A stretch of 64,000 nt of DNA from Croceicoccus sp. (GCA_002694745.1 NZMY01000050.1:196630-260629); one strand, 5' to 3'. Counted from the stretch's first letter, positions 1 through 9,981 are shown. The notes: generated from the sequence alone by a model not told the origin. Numbers and translations: made by a program.

Positions 1-393
1 AACAAGGACGAAATCGCGGGCTTCGTCATCAAGCACGAAGTGCTCTCGCTGCTGCTCGACGGCGGGAAGGGGCAGCACGGCATCGAATCGCTGATCCGCC
101 CGCTGCCGCCCGTGCTAGACGAATCGACGGTCGACCGGCTGTTCCACCGCCTGATCTCGGAACATCACCACATCATGGCGGTGGTGGACGAATACGGCAC
201 CTTCCTCGGCCTCGTCACGCTCGAGGATGTGCTGGAGACGATCTTCGGCTTCGAGATCGTGGACGAGCTGGACGAGGTTCCCGACCTGCAGGAATATGCG
301 CGCGAATTGTCGCGGCGCAGGGCCGCCCGCACCGGCTCGCCGCCGAGGCCGCGAGAGCCGCTGGAAGAGGGCGTGAAAAAAGGCATTTCTTAA
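1..393 (+). CDS. CBS-pair domain protein, C-terminal part (CNNM/DUF21 CorC-TlyC-like family); 5' end lies outside the window
   Basis: Frame 1 is open from nt 1. The translation HHIMAVVDEYGTFLGLVTLEDVLETIFGFEIVDE is a typical CBS motif of this family. Stop at 391-393. Confidence 0.7.
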   Translation, partial: NKDEIAGFVIKHEVLSLLLDGGKGQHGIESLIRPLPPVLDESTVDRLFHRLISEHHHIMAVVDEYGTFLGLVTLEDVLETIFGFEIVDELDEVPDLQEYARELSRRRAARTGSPPRPREPLEEGVKKGIS

Positions 394-466
394 CGCGCTT
401 GCTGCTGTCATGCGTCAATCGGCGGATATGCGGACCCAGGCCGCCGCGGGCGAGGGGAAGCGTGAA

Positions 467-1000
467 ATGTTCGGGCTGTTCAAGCGAAAACTGGTGCCCG
501 AAGGCCCGTTCGATTTCGATGATGAAATCCGGATCGAACGACCGGCGGACCATGTCTATCGCCTGCTCGACTGGTCGGACCCGCTCAATGCGCTGGCGGC
601 GCAGGGCCACCGGCTGAGGGTTGGCGACGGACCGGGCGAATGGCGGCTGGTCATGACCGGGCTGGAGGATCACGAATATCTGATTGAGATTGTCGAGACC
701 GAACCGGTGGTCCGATACGTCTTCGATTCCGCGCCAATCCCGATCATAGGCAGGCTGGAACGTGCCCGCGAGACCTATTCGCTCGAACCGATGGGCGGCG
801 ATGCCTGCCTGGTCCGGGTGAAGGTGACCGCGCATTTCCTCCCTCGTCTGACGGAGCGGCAATTGGCGCACGAGCAATGGATGATGGGGACGGCATGCCA
901 CAATGCCGTCGCGCGCCTCAAGATTCACGCCGAACAGGGGGCGGAGGCCGCGCGTGATGCCGAAATGAACGAATCGAACGGCTACAGGATCGAGGTGTGA
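467..1000 (+). CDS. Hypothetical protein, SRPBCC/polyketide-cyclase-like fold suspected
   Basis: ORF 410-1000. I prefer the ATG at 467, preceded by gaggggaag. Composition looks coding. The fold assignment is only an impression from sequence. Confidence 0.55.
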   Translation: MFGLFKRKLVPEGPFDFDDEIRIERPADHVYRLLDWSDPLNALAAQGHRLRVGDGPGEWRLVMTGLEDHEYLIEIVETEPVVRYVFDSAPIPIIGRLERARETYSLEPMGGDACLVRVKVTAHFLPRLTERQLAHEQWMMGTACHNAVARLKIHAEQGAEAARDAEMNESNGYRIEV

Positions 1001-1175
1001 CCGGCCTCTCGTGCTGACGCGCGTCACAGCCCGGCCTTGCTTTTCGTGTCAGAATCGCTAAAGGGCGCGCCTTCGCCGCAAACTTGCGTCTTGCTCCCGG
1101 TGGGCCTTGCCGTCCGCCGCTGCTTGGCCTAGTGCGGCCCGCAAATATTGACCGATTTTTTAAACAGGTGCCGAA

Positions 1176-1355
1176 ATGGCTGTTCCGAAGAGAAAAGTAT
1201 CCCCGCATCGCCGTGGCAATCGCCGGGCGCACGATGCGCTCAAGCCCGCAGCGTTCCACGAATGCTCGAACTGCGGCGAACTGAAGCGTCCGCACAATCT
1301 GTGCGACGCATGCGGCCACTACAACGGCCGTGAAATCATAGCGGTTGGCCTGTAA
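1176..1355 (+). CDS. rpmF: 50S ribosomal protein L32
   Basis: 59-aa ORF below the track cutoff, read by hand: [59 protein letters not shown]. It lies in the canonical rpmF-plsX-fabH arrangement. Confidence 0.95.
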   Translation: MAVPKRKVSPHRRGNRRAHDALKPAAFHECSNCGELKRPHNLCDACGHYNGREIIAVGL

Positions 1356-1379
1356 AAGACCGACTGGCCGGAGAGTAGG

Positions 1380-2450
1380 ATGAGTCTGCCGCGTATCGCC
1401 GTCGATGCGATGGGCGGCGACGAGGGCGTGCGCGTGATGGTCGAAGGCGCGGCGCTTGCCCGTCGCCGTCACGATCGTTTCAAGTTCCTGCTGGTCGGGG
1501 ACGAGACGCGAATCAAGGCCGCCCTCGAAGATCATCCCAACATGCGCGGCGCGTCGGAGATTCTCCACGCGCCCGAAGTCGTCTCCGGCGAGGAAAAGCC
1601 CACGCAGGCGCTGCGCCGTGCGCGCAAGACCTCGATGGGCATGGCGATCGACGCGGTCAAGCGCGGCGATGCCGGCGCTGCCGTGTCGGCTGGCAACACC
1701 GGCGCGCTGATGGCGATGGCCAAGCTGTCGCTGCGCACCCTGCCGGGGATCGACCGGCCCGCTCTGGCCGCGCTGATGCCCACGCTGGGCGACACCGACA
1801 TGGTCATGCTCGACCTGGGCGCGAACACCGAATGCGATGCCCGCAACCTGGTGCAGTTCGCGATCATGGGCGCGGCCTATTCGCGCATCGCGACGAACCT
1901 GCCCGAACCGCGCGTCCGCCTGCTGAACATCGGGACCGAGGAAACGAAGGGCACCGGCGTATTGCGTGAGGCGTCGGACACGCTGCGCGCGGCGCAGGAA
2001 CAGCTGGCCTTCAGCTTCGGCGGCTTTACCGAGGCGGACAAGATCAACCGGGGCGAGACCGACGTGGTCGTCACCGACGGATTTTCGGGCAATATCGCGC
2101 TGAAAGCGGTCGAGGGCGCGGCGCGTTTCGTGACCGACCTGTTGAAAGAGGCGTTTCAGTCCTCGCTGCGTTCGAAGATCGGCTTCCTCGTCTCGCGCCC
2201 CGCGACCGAATTGCTCAAGCACCATCTCGATCCCAACAACCATAATGGTGCGGTCTTCCTCGGCCTCAACGGCGTGGTGGTGAAAAGCCACGGCAGCGCC
2301 AATGCGAAGGGCGTGGCCAATGCGGTCGCCGTGACCGCGCGGCTGCTGGAAGAAGACCTGATAGAGCGCATCAAGGCCGACCTTGCCGAAAGCGGTCTGG
2401 CCGCCAAGGCACGCACCCGCCGTCCATCGGCCAGCGCGGAAGAGGCATGA
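1380..2450 (+). CDS. plsX: Phosphate acyltransferase PlsX
   Basis: [16 protein letters not shown]..., GNTGALMA and SHGSANAKG motifs. Stop overlaps the fabH start. Confidence 0.95.
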   Translation: MSLPRIAVDAMGGDEGVRVMVEGAALARRRHDRFKFLLVGDETRIKAALEDHPNMRGASEILHAPEVVSGEEKPTQALRRARKTSMGMAIDAVKRGDAGAAVSAGNTGALMAMAKLSLRTLPGIDRPALAALMPTLGDTDMVMLDLGANTECDARNLVQFAIMGAAYSRIATNLPEPRVRLLNIGTEETKGTGVLREASDTLRAAQEQLAFSFGGFTEADKINRGETDVVVTDGFSGNIALKAVEGAARFVTDLLKEAFQSSLRSKIGFLVSRPATELLKHHLDPNNHNGAVFLGLNGVVVKSHGSANAKGVANAVAVTARLLEEDLIERIKADLAESGLAAKARTRRPSASAEEA

Positions 2451-3463
2451 ACATACCCAAGGGCATGATCCGGCGCAGCTGCGTCATCGGTTCCGGCTCG
2501 GCGCTGCCGAAGAGGCGCGTCACCAACGAGGAGCTGGCGAAGACCGTCGACACCAGCGATGAATGGATCCGCGAGCGCACCGGCATCGCCGCGCGCCATA
2601 TCGCGGGCGAGGGCGAGACGACCGCCACGCTGGCCGCCGATGCCGCGCGCGGGGCGCTGGATGCGGCTGGCCTGACCGCGGCCGATATCTCGCTGATCAT
2701 CGTGGCGACCGCCACACCCGACCAGACGTTCCCGTCCACCGCCAGCAAGGTGCAGGACCTGCTGGGCGCAAGCGGCGCCTATGCGTTCGATGTCGCGGCG
2801 GTGTGCTCGGGCTTTCTCTATGCGATCGCCACGGCGGATGCGCTGCTCAAGACGCCCGCGGGCGCGGCGGCTGGCGGCGTGCACCGCGCGCTGGTCATCG
2901 GGGCGGAGACTTTCAGCCGCATCCTCGACTGGGAAGACCGCGGCACCTGCGTTCTGTTCGGCGACGGCGCGGGCGCCATGGTGCTCGAAGCGCGCGACCT
3001 CCCCGAGGATCAGGCCGGCACCGCCCCCGGCATCATCGCCAGCCGCCTTCATACCGAGGGCGCGCATAACGAATTGCTCTATGTCGATGGCGGACCGTCC
3101 ACCACCGGCACCGTCGGCAAGCTGCGGATGAAGGGGCGGGAAGTGTTCCGCCATGCGGTCACCAATCTCGCCGATGTCCTGCGCGAAGTCATGGAAGAAG
3201 GCGGCATCGCGGGCGAACAGCTCGACTGGGTGGTGCCGCATCAGGCCAATGTCCGCATCCTAGACGCGACCGCGAAGAAGCTGAACCTGCCGCCCGAAAA
3301 GGTGATCAAGACGGTGCACGAGCATGCCAATACATCGGCGGCCAGCGTCCCGCTCGCCTATGATGTGGCGGTCAAGGACGGGCGAATCCAGCCCGGTCAG
3401 CTGATCATGCTGGAGGCGATGGGCGGCGGATTCACCTGGGGCGCCTGCCTGCTGAGAAGCTGA
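2447..3463 (+). CDS. fabH: Beta-ketoacyl-ACP synthase III
   Basis: [21 protein letters not shown] (active-site Cys), VPHQANVRI and GGGFTWGA motifs. Confidence 0.95.
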   Translation: MNIPKGMIRRSCVIGSGSALPKRRVTNEELAKTVDTSDEWIRERTGIAARHIAGEGETTATLAADAARGALDAAGLTAADISLIIVATATPDQTFPSTASKVQDLLGASGAYAFDVAAVCSGFLYAIATADALLKTPAGAAAGGVHRALVIGAETFSRILDWEDRGTCVLFGDGAGAMVLEARDLPEDQAGTAPGIIASRLHTEGAHNELLYVDGGPSTTGTVGKLRMKGREVFRHAVTNLADVLREVMEEGGIAGEQLDWVVPHQANVRILDATAKKLNLPPEKVIKTVHEHANTSAASVPLAYDVAVKDGRIQPGQLIMLEAMGGGFTWGACLLRS

Positions 3464-3664
3464 CAAAAGTGCCATATGTGTTCGAATCCATGCCCCGGAC
3501 ACCCCGAATCGGTCGCGCCCTAGCCAGATCGATGCACCGACTACCCTAAAAACCCCCGTTAAGTGGCTCTACAGTCCCGTTTTCGTTTGGAACGATGCGG
3601 CGTGTATGAAATAGTTTGCGAACACGTCTCGGGTCGCCCGCAACCGAGAGGGGGAAACAGGGGA

Positions 3665-3970
3665 ATGTTGGATATGCGATCTGTCGGAACGCTGACCCGT
3701 GCCGATCTTGCCGATGTCATTCACCGCAAGGTGGGTCTTAGCCGCGCCGAATCGCTGGACATGGTCGAGAATATTCTGGGTCACATGTGCAATGCGATGG
3801 CGGACGGGGAAAATGTGAAGATCTCCGGCTTCGGCACATTTCTGCTTCGCGACAAGGGCGAACGGGTCGGGCGCAATCCCAAGACGGGCGTAGAGGTCCC
3901 CATCACCCCGCGCCGGGTGATGACCTTTCGCGCCAGCAAGATGCTGAAGGACAAGGTGAGCGGGCTGTAA
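3665..3970 (+). CDS. ihfA: Integration host factor subunit alpha
   Basis: [18 protein letters not shown]...[39 protein letters not shown] at 3665 follows gagaggggga. The track ORF starts further upstream at 3563. Confidence 0.9.
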   Translation: MLDMRSVGTLTRADLADVIHRKVGLSRAESLDMVENILGHMCNAMADGENVKISGFGTFLLRDKGERVGRNPKTGVEVPITPRRVMTFRASKMLKDKVSGL

Positions 3971-4003
3971 CGCCGCGCGCCTGCTTCAGGAACGGAGATT
4001 ATT

Positions 4004-4411
4004 GTGACCGAAGCCGGCAACCTCTTCGACGACGACAAGCTCTTCGACGATGGAAAGGACGACGCCGCCTTCCGCACGATCGGAGAGGTGTCGAGCGCGC
4101 TGGGCATCAAGCCGCATGTGCTGCGCTATTGGGAAGAACAGTTCCCGATGCTGAAACCGGTCAAGCGCAGCGGACAGCGCCGCTATTACCGGCCCGAGGA
4201 TATCGCGCTGCTGCAGACCATCGACCGGCTGCTCAACCGCGAAGGCTTTACCATCAAGGGCGCAGTGCGGGCGCTGAAATCGGGGCAGACGGGGGAGGAA
4301 CCCGTTCCCGTGCCTGACGCCGCGCCCGATCCGCGGCTGGACCGCGGCGCACAACCCGAACTGGTGGCAAGGCTGCGGGCCATTCGCGCGACGCTGGCCG
4401 AGGCGCTCTAG
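4004..4411 (+). CDS. MerR-family transcriptional regulator (the type found downstream of ihfA in alphaproteobacteria)
   Basis: [48 protein letters not shown] helix-turn-helix. GTG start. Confidence 0.85.
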   Translation: MTEAGNLFDDDKLFDDGKDDAAFRTIGEVSSALGIKPHVLRYWEEQFPMLKPVKRSGQRRYYRPEDIALLQTIDRLLNREGFTIKGAVRALKSGQTGEEPVPVPDAAPDPRLDRGAQPELVARLRAIRATLAEAL

Positions 4412-4423
4412 ACCGCTCCCGGC

Positions 4424-4831
4424 CTAATCAACAACCGGCACGCCCGGCGGGTAATAGGTGATCTCGAAGCGAAAGCCGTCGGGGTCCTTCATGAACAGCG
4501 CCGTCGCCCCTTTCAGCATCTGTATATCAGGCACTTCGAACCCGGCGTCCTGCATCCCCTGTCTTATGCCATGGACAGTATCCGCATCGGGCGCGCCAAA
4601 GCCGACATGGTTCACCCCCGCGCCATAGCGTTCGTAGGGTGACGTGCCCGGTTTCGCCTGAGCGAATTGCAGAAAGAAGCTGCCATTGCTCCAGATATGG
4701 GGCTTGTGCCTGCGAAAGCCCAGCAGCGGCAGCAGCGCGTCATACCACGCCATGCTGCGATCCAGCGACGACACCATGATCGTCAGATGGTCGGGCTGCA
4801 GCGGCGCGATTGCCGCCTTCTCCTGCATCAA
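4424..4831 (-). CDS. VOC (glyoxalase/bleomycin-resistance/dioxygenase fold) family protein
   Basis: 135 aa with LTIMVSSLDRSMAWY...GVNHVGFGAPD...GFRFEI pattern. Starts 21 nt after the receiver gene stop on the same strand. Confidence 0.8.
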   Translation of the reverse strand: MMQEKAAIAPLQPDHLTIMVSSLDRSMAWYDALLPLLGFRRHKPHIWSNGSFFLQFAQAKPGTSPYERYGAGVNHVGFGAPDADTVHGIRQGMQDAGFEVPDIQMLKGATALFMKDPDGFRFEITYYPPGVPVVD

Positions 4832-4852
4832 TAAAAATCCTGCGCCAAGGGC

Positions 4853-5212
4853 TCAGCTCGCCGGCTGGCCGATCAGGTCGATCAGCCGCGCCACCACATC
4901 CTCGGCCGGGCGCGGCTTGGGAATGATCGGCGCGTCGATTTCGCGCAGATGCTCGCCCACGCGGTCAAGGTCGCCCGTATGCAGGATAAAGGGAATCCCC
5001 TCTTTGGCGAGGCGCGTGGCCGTCGCCTGACAGGTGACGCCCCCGCCAAGGCTGACGTCAAGGATGGCGCCGACGATGTCGCTTTCCTCGATATGGGCAA
5101 TCGCCTCTTCATTGCCGACCGCGGTCACGGCTTCATAGCCTGCGTCCTCGAACGCATATTGCAGGTCCATGGCGATGAACGGTTCGTCCTCGAGGACAAG
5201 GAACAGCTTCAT
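4853..5212 (-). CDS. Single-domain response regulator (LovR-like receiver)
   Basis: 119 aa. Acidic pocket LEDEP, phospho-acceptor Asp in AILDVSL, Thr in LHTGD, Lys in IPKP. No output domain. Confidence 0.9.
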   Translation of the reverse strand: MKLFLVLEDEPFIAMDLQYAFEDAGYEAVTAVGNEEAIAHIEESDIVGAILDVSLGGGVTCQATATRLAKEGIPFILHTGDLDRVGEHLREIDAPIIPKPRPAEDVVARLIDLIGQPAS

Positions 5213-5221
5213 TTGTTAAGA

Positions 5222-6322
5222 TTATCCATTCGTAATCGGGATCAGGATGCGGGCCTTCAACCCGTCATGCTCCCATTCGGTTTCCAGCACGCCGCGCGAA
5301 TGGCCCAACAGGGTGCGCGCAATGTCGAAACCGGTCCCATTCGATTCGGGAGGGCATTCGATGGCGGGGCCGCCGCGCTCGATCCACTCGATCTCAAGCG
5401 AGTTGCGCGAGAACTTGTCCTTCACATGCGCCCACGACACCTCGATCGTGCCGCCGGGGTGCGACAGGGCGCCATATTTGGTCGCATTGGTGGCCAGTTC
5501 GTGCAGCGTCAGCCCGATCGCGGAGATTGCATTGGGCTCGGTGCGGATGCCATTGCCCGTAAAGACGAACCGGTCGTTTTCGGGATCATAGGGCGCCAGC
5601 ACCGCGCGGATCGCCTGCCCGACATGGATCGTGCCTAGCACCGCCTCGTCCAGCGTCGGCTCGTACGAACGGCCCAGCGCCTGCACGCGCTCGTTGATCT
5701 TGCGCGCGACATTCTTGGCATCCATCGAACGGCCGGTGATATTCACGATGCCGCCAATCACGGCGAACACGTTCTTCAGCCGGTGCGACACCTCGCGCGC
5801 CATCGCCTTGGCGTGGCGTTCGTCGGCGCGGGACTGGTGGATGTCGGTGACGTCCCACTGGCTGCCGAAGAAATATTTCAGCGTCCCCATCTCGTCATAG
5901 ATCGGGCCAAGGTGCAGCGTGTTCCAGAAGGTCGACCCGTCCTTCCTGTAGTTCAGGATCTCGACCACCACGACTTCCTCGCTGCGGATGGCGTCGCGGA
6001 TCTTGCCAACCTGCGCCTGGTCGGTGTCGGGCCCCTGCAGAAAGCGGCAATTGCGGCCGATGATCTCTTCGGCGCGATATCCGGTCAGCTGCTGGAACGC
6101 CTCGTTGCAAAAGACGATGGGATCGTCCTTCTGGTTCGGATCGGTCAGGCAGACCGCCATGCGGGTCTGCGCCATCGCCTGCTCGAACAGCAGCCCGCTT
6201 GCCCCCTCGAACGCGTTCGAGGGCGAATCGGGTGCATAGATCGCGCGGTGGGCCTGGTTCGATGATTTCAGACGTGTGCTGTCATCACTGGCATCCGACG
6301 TCACTCGATACTCCATCGTCAT
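5222..6322 (-). CDS. LOV-domain (blue-light) HWE/HisKA_2 histidine kinase
   Basis: GRNCRFLQG at nt 6032-6058. H-box EVSHRLKNVF. HELATNATKYGA and IEWIERGGP boxes. Start is uncertain: ATG at 6322, 6316 or 6382, or TTG at 6391. Confidence 0.9.
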   Translation of the reverse strand: MTMEYRVTSDASDDSTRLKSSNQAHRAIYAPDSPSNAFEGASGLLFEQAMAQTRMAVCLTDPNQKDDPIVFCNEAFQQLTGYRAEEIIGRNCRFLQGPDTDQAQVGKIRDAIRSEEVVVVEILNYRKDGSTFWNTLHLGPIYDEMGTLKYFFGSQWDVTDIHQSRADERHAKAMAREVSHRLKNVFAVIGGIVNITGRSMDAKNVARKINERVQALGRSYEPTLDEAVLGTIHVGQAIRAVLAPYDPENDRFVFTGNGIRTEPNAISAIGLTLHELATNATKYGALSHPGGTIEVSWAHVKDKFSRNSLEIEWIERGGPAIECPPESNGTGFDIARTLLGHSRGVLETEWEHDGLKARILIPITNG

Positions 6323-6438
6323 ATCTGGGGGGCGATCGTTCGGACTTTGACGTTCGCGCCATGCGGGGAAAAATGGACCCATGCACAACAAGGCCGCACG
6401 GCTTGTTTGGTTCCTGTGTCCGAAGAGTCCGCCGCAGT

Positions 6439-6990
6439 CTAGCGCGCATATTCCGGGCCCAGTGCGGGGTCCAGATCGCGCGGCAGGGTCAGGGCCGTCA
6501 GCCGGCCCTGCGCACCCGGCAATTCGCTCCAGTCGGCGATATCCAGCTCGATCAGGGCAAAGGCGCCGGTGGGAAACTTGCGCTCGGCAATGGCGCGCAG
6601 CTCGTCCGCGGGATCGGCGGGGACCAGTTGCAGCAGCAGCTCCTCCAGCCCCGGATTATGCGCGACCAGCAGGAGCGTGTCGGCATCGCCGCCATGTTCG
6701 ACCGCGCTGTCGATCAGCTGGTCGGGATCGGCGAGGTACAGCGACTTGAGGTCGACCCGCTCGACCGGCGCGCTGCGGCCCATCGCGTCCAGCACGATGT
6801 CGATCGTCTCCTGCGCGCGCACAGCGGCAGAGGCGATCACCCGGCCGAACGGCGGCTGGATGCGGGTCATCGAACGGCCAACGGCGGCGGCGGCGCGGCG
6901 GCCCTTGCCGTTCAGCCCGCGATCGTAATCGCGGCCCGATGGCTGGTGCTCCTCGGACTTGGCATGGCGCAGCAGGCCCAGGCGCTTCAT
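6439..6990 (-). CDS. Histidine phosphatase family protein, SixA-like phosphohistidine phosphatase
   Basis: LLRHAKS (RHG-type motif), VAHNPGLEELL, size about 180 aa. Confidence 0.75.
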   Translation of the reverse strand: MKRLGLLRHAKSEEHQPSGRDYDRGLNGKGRRAAAAVGRSMTRIQPPFGRVIASAAVRAQETIDIVLDAMGRSAPVERVDLKSLYLADPDQLIDSAVEHGGDADTLLLVAHNPGLEELLLQLVPADPADELRAIAERKFPTGAFALIELDIADWSELPGAQGRLTALTLPRDLDPALGPEYAR

Positions 6991-7021
6991 GCGCTGTTCC
7001 CCGCTGTGGGCGCAGCATCGC

Positions 7022-9904
7022 TCAACCCTCTGGCTCCTCTTCGAATGTCACCGCTTCGTCAGAGGAAACACGTCCCTGCAATCTTTGTAAAGCGTCATCG
7101 AGTGTCAGCCGGTGCACAGGCGTCCCTTGGGGAAAGGCCGACAGCAGGCGCGAGGGGAACGCGGGCGACAGCACGACGAAGCGGCCCCGGTCGTCCTTGC
7201 TGCGGATCAGCCGCCCGAACGCCTGCGCGATGCGGGCGCGGACGATGGCATCGTCATAGGCCTGCCGGTTCGCATCGAACTGCTCCATATGCGCGGCGCG
7301 GCGCGCGCGGTGCAGGATCGAGGGCTTGGCCCAGGGCACCTGCTCCATCACCACCAGCCGCAGCGAATCGCCCGGCACGTCCACCCCGTCGCGCAAGGCA
7401 TCGGTGCCCAAGAGCGAGGCGCGCGGATCGTCGCGGAAGATATCGACCAGTGTGCCGGTGTCGATCGGATCGACATGCTGCGCGTAGAGCGGCAGCCCGC
7501 CGCGCGCCAGCCGGTCGGCGATCCGCGCATGCACCGCGCGCAGGCGCCGGATCGCGGTGAACAGACCCAGCACGCCGCCCTGCGAAGCCTCTATCAGGCG
7601 GCCATAGGCGGCGGCCAACGCGCCGATATCGCCGCGCGGCACATCGGTCACGATCAGCACCTCGGCCTGGCTGGCATAATCGAACGGGCTGGCAGCCTCG
7701 GCCAGCTTTGGGGACAGCCCCAGATGCCCCGCGCCCGAGCGGGCCACCGCACGCGCCCAGTCGGGCTCGCGGCCCTCGTTTGCTTCCGCCCCATCGCCGC
7801 GGGAAGGGGCCGACCGGTCGCACAGGGTCGCGCTGGTCTGCATCACCCCGTGCGCGGGTTCCAGCACGGTGGCGGCAAAGGGCTTCATCGGGTCCAGCCA
7901 GCGGCGGTGCAGGCCGATGTCGAACTCGCGCGCTTCGGCGCGGTCGACCGCCAGCCAGTCGACGAAATCGGGATCGGCGGGGCCTCCCATTCGCGCCAGC
8001 AGCGCTTCCCACGCGGACAGGCTGTCGATCCGCCACGACATCGCATGGCGCGCGCCCTCGATCCGCTGACGGGTCTGGCCGTCCATCCAGTCGGGCGCAT
8101 CCTCGCCGCTGGCGATCAGCGCGTCGAGCCGCGCCATCAGCTTCATCAGCGGCTGGCGCAACCGGGCCAGCGCATCGCGCGCTTCGCCCGCCGCCTCAAG
8201 GAATGGCCCGTCGAGATCGGCGGCCTCGGTCTCGATCCCGTATCCTGCTTCGCCGCTGCCGCTTTCGTCGCGGGCATGGGTCAGGCGGCGGACATGGGAG
8301 AGCAATATCTCGATCGCGCCCATCGGCTCGCCCTCGGCAATGCGGGCCAGCCAGCCGTCGGCGGGTAGCAGCATCGCGGCATCGCGCGCGTCGGATATGG
8401 CCTTGCCCGCCGCCTCGTCATAGCTCGCCACATCGGCCAGCCGCGCCGACAGCCCGCGCCGCCGCCCGCTGCGCGCCTGTCCCGCCTTCGTCTCCGGCCC
8501 CAGCACCCAGCGCCGCATCTCGATCGCCTCGGCCCCCGACAATTGCGCGGCGAAGGTCGAATCGGCTGCGTCGAACAGATGATGCCCCTCGTCGAACACG
8601 ATGCGCGCAGGGCGGGCATTGGCGCCTTCGTCGCGGTGCTGCGCCCGTGCTGCATGCACCATGACCAGGGCATGATTGGCGATGACCAGATCGGCATGCG
8701 CGGAATCGCGCGCCGCGCGTTCGATGAAGCAGCGCTTGAAATGCGGGCACCCGGCATAGATGCCCTCGCCGCGCCGGTCGGTCAGAGCCGCCAGCCCGCG
8801 CTTGCGGAACAAGGTGGGCAGCCAGCCGGGAAGGTCCCCGCCGACCATGTCGCCATCCTCGGTAAAGGCCGCCCAGCGCGCCACCAGCTGCGCAAAGATC
8901 GCGGGCCGCCCGGTAAAGCCGCCGCCTTGCAATGCATCCTCAAGGTTCAGCAGGCACAGGTAATTGTCGCGCCCCTTGCGCACGACGACGGCGGGCGTCT
9001 CGCGCGTCGCCGCGTCATTCGGCCCGGACTCCGGCCACGCGCGGCGGCTCTCGCGGCGCAATTGGCGTTGCAGCGCCTTGGTATAGGTCGACACCCATAC
9101 CGTTCCGCCCGATTGCTGCGACCACAGCGAGGCGGGGGCCAGATAGCCCAAAGTCTTGCCGACCCCCGTGCCCGCCTCGGCCAGCAGCATGTTGGGCTGG
9201 CCCCGCTCGCGGCGCGGTTCGAACACATGGGCGGCGGCGCGGGCATAGTCGCGCTGACCCTCGCGCCTTTCGGAGCCGTGACCGGTCAGCGCGTCCAGCC
9301 GGTCCGCCACCGCGCCGCCGTCCAGCACGGTATGCGCGGGCTGCGGGCGGGCAGGGCGCTCCTCCCATTCGGGCAGTTTCGAAAACACCCAGCGTTCGGC
9401 GCGTTCGGGCCGCTTCACATGCGGCAGCAGCAATTGCGCCCAGGGCCAGCGATGCCGCACCAGCGATTGCAGCACGCTCCACGCGCCCTCGCGCTCGGCC
9501 CAATCGCCCGCCTCACCCGGATTTCCTTCACAACGCGCAAACAGCGCGGCGGCGGCGCGGGCCAGCAGCAGCGGCACCTCGTCCTCGCTGGCGGGTTCGG
9601 GCAGGTTCAGCGCATGGGCCAGCCCGCGCGGCGTCGGCACCATGAAGCGCGCCGGATGGACGAAGGCGAACAGTTCCAGCAGGTCCAGCCCCGATAGCTC
9701 GGGATAGCCGAGGCGGCTGGCGACCAGCGGCGCGTTCAGCATCAGCAGCGGGGTTTCCGCCGCCGCCATGATCGCCTCGCCCCGCGAAAGCCCGCGCACC
9801 TTTCCATCGGGCGCGGCCAGCCAGCAACCCGAATGGCTGGCATGCAGCGCGGGAAGCGTCAGCGCCTGAATGTCGGTCGAATGGCTCTCGGGCATGGCCC
9901 GCAA
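7022..9904 (-). CDS. DinG/Rad3(XPD)-family ATP-dependent DNA helicase with about 230-aa N-terminal extension
   Basis: Walker A AEAGTGVGKTLGYLAPA, DEGHHL (DEAH-type box), Cys cluster YLCLLN/GCPHFKRC, C-terminal helicase motifs (QTSATL, RLIRSKDDRG). Confidence 0.85.
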   Translation of the reverse strand: MRAMPESHSTDIQALTLPALHASHSGCWLAAPDGKVRGLSRGEAIMAAAETPLLMLNAPLVASRLGYPELSGLDLLELFAFVHPARFMVPTPRGLAHALNLPEPASEDEVPLLLARAAAALFARCEGNPGEAGDWAEREGAWSVLQSLVRHRWPWAQLLLPHVKRPERAERWVFSKLPEWEERPARPQPAHTVLDGGAVADRLDALTGHGSERREGQRDYARAAAHVFEPRRERGQPNMLLAEAGTGVGKTLGYLAPASLWSQQSGGTVWVSTYTKALQRQLRRESRRAWPESGPNDAATRETPAVVVRKGRDNYLCLLNLEDALQGGGFTGRPAIFAQLVARWAAFTEDGDMVGGDLPGWLPTLFRKRGLAALTDRRGEGIYAGCPHFKRCFIERAARDSAHADLVIANHALVMVHAARAQHRDEGANARPARIVFDEGHHLFDAADSTFAAQLSGAEAIEMRRWVLGPETKAGQARSGRRRGLSARLADVASYDEAAGKAISDARDAAMLLPADGWLARIAEGEPMGAIEILLSHVRRLTHARDESGSGEAGYGIETEAADLDGPFLEAAGEARDALARLRQPLMKLMARLDALIASGEDAPDWMDGQTRQRIEGARHAMSWRIDSLSAWEALLARMGGPADPDFVDWLAVDRAEAREFDIGLHRRWLDPMKPFAATVLEPAHGVMQTSATLCDRSAPSRGDGAEANEGREPDWARAVARSGAGHLGLSPKLAEAASPFDYASQAEVLIVTDVPRGDIGALAAAYGRLIEASQGGVLGLFTAIRRLRAVHARIADRLARGGLPLYAQHVDPIDTGTLVDIFRDDPRASLLGTDALRDGVDVPGDSLRLVVMEQVPWAKPSILHRARRAAHMEQFDANRQAYDDAIVRARIAQAFGRLIRSKDDRGRFVVLSPAFPSRLLSAFPQGTPVHRLTLDDALQRLQGRVSSDEAVTFEEEPEG

Positions 9905-9981
9905 GATAGGAAGCGCGGCACGAAAAGGGAACGGCTACGCGCCCCCTATTCCCCGTCAATCGCGTAGGGGGCCCGGCGGCT

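Noticed and set aside
918-2291. 457-aa minus-strand ORF
   Set aside because: It is antisense to rpmF and plsX. The translation is Arg/Ala/Gly-rich with no motifs. It is a GC-driven shadow ORF.
3490-3530. tRNA-like T-loop string gtgttcgaatccatgcc downstream of fabH
   Set aside because: The flanking bases do not form a T-stem (only one of five pairs), and there is no acceptor stem or CCA context. It is not a tRNA or a convincing tRNA fragment.
6389-6414. GGAAC on the minus strand just upstream of the LOV kinase
   Set aside because: No CGTT follows at 16 or 17 nt (the sequence there is TTGT or CTTG). The region also overlaps an imperfect hairpin after the sixA-like gene. It is not a credible EcfG promoter.
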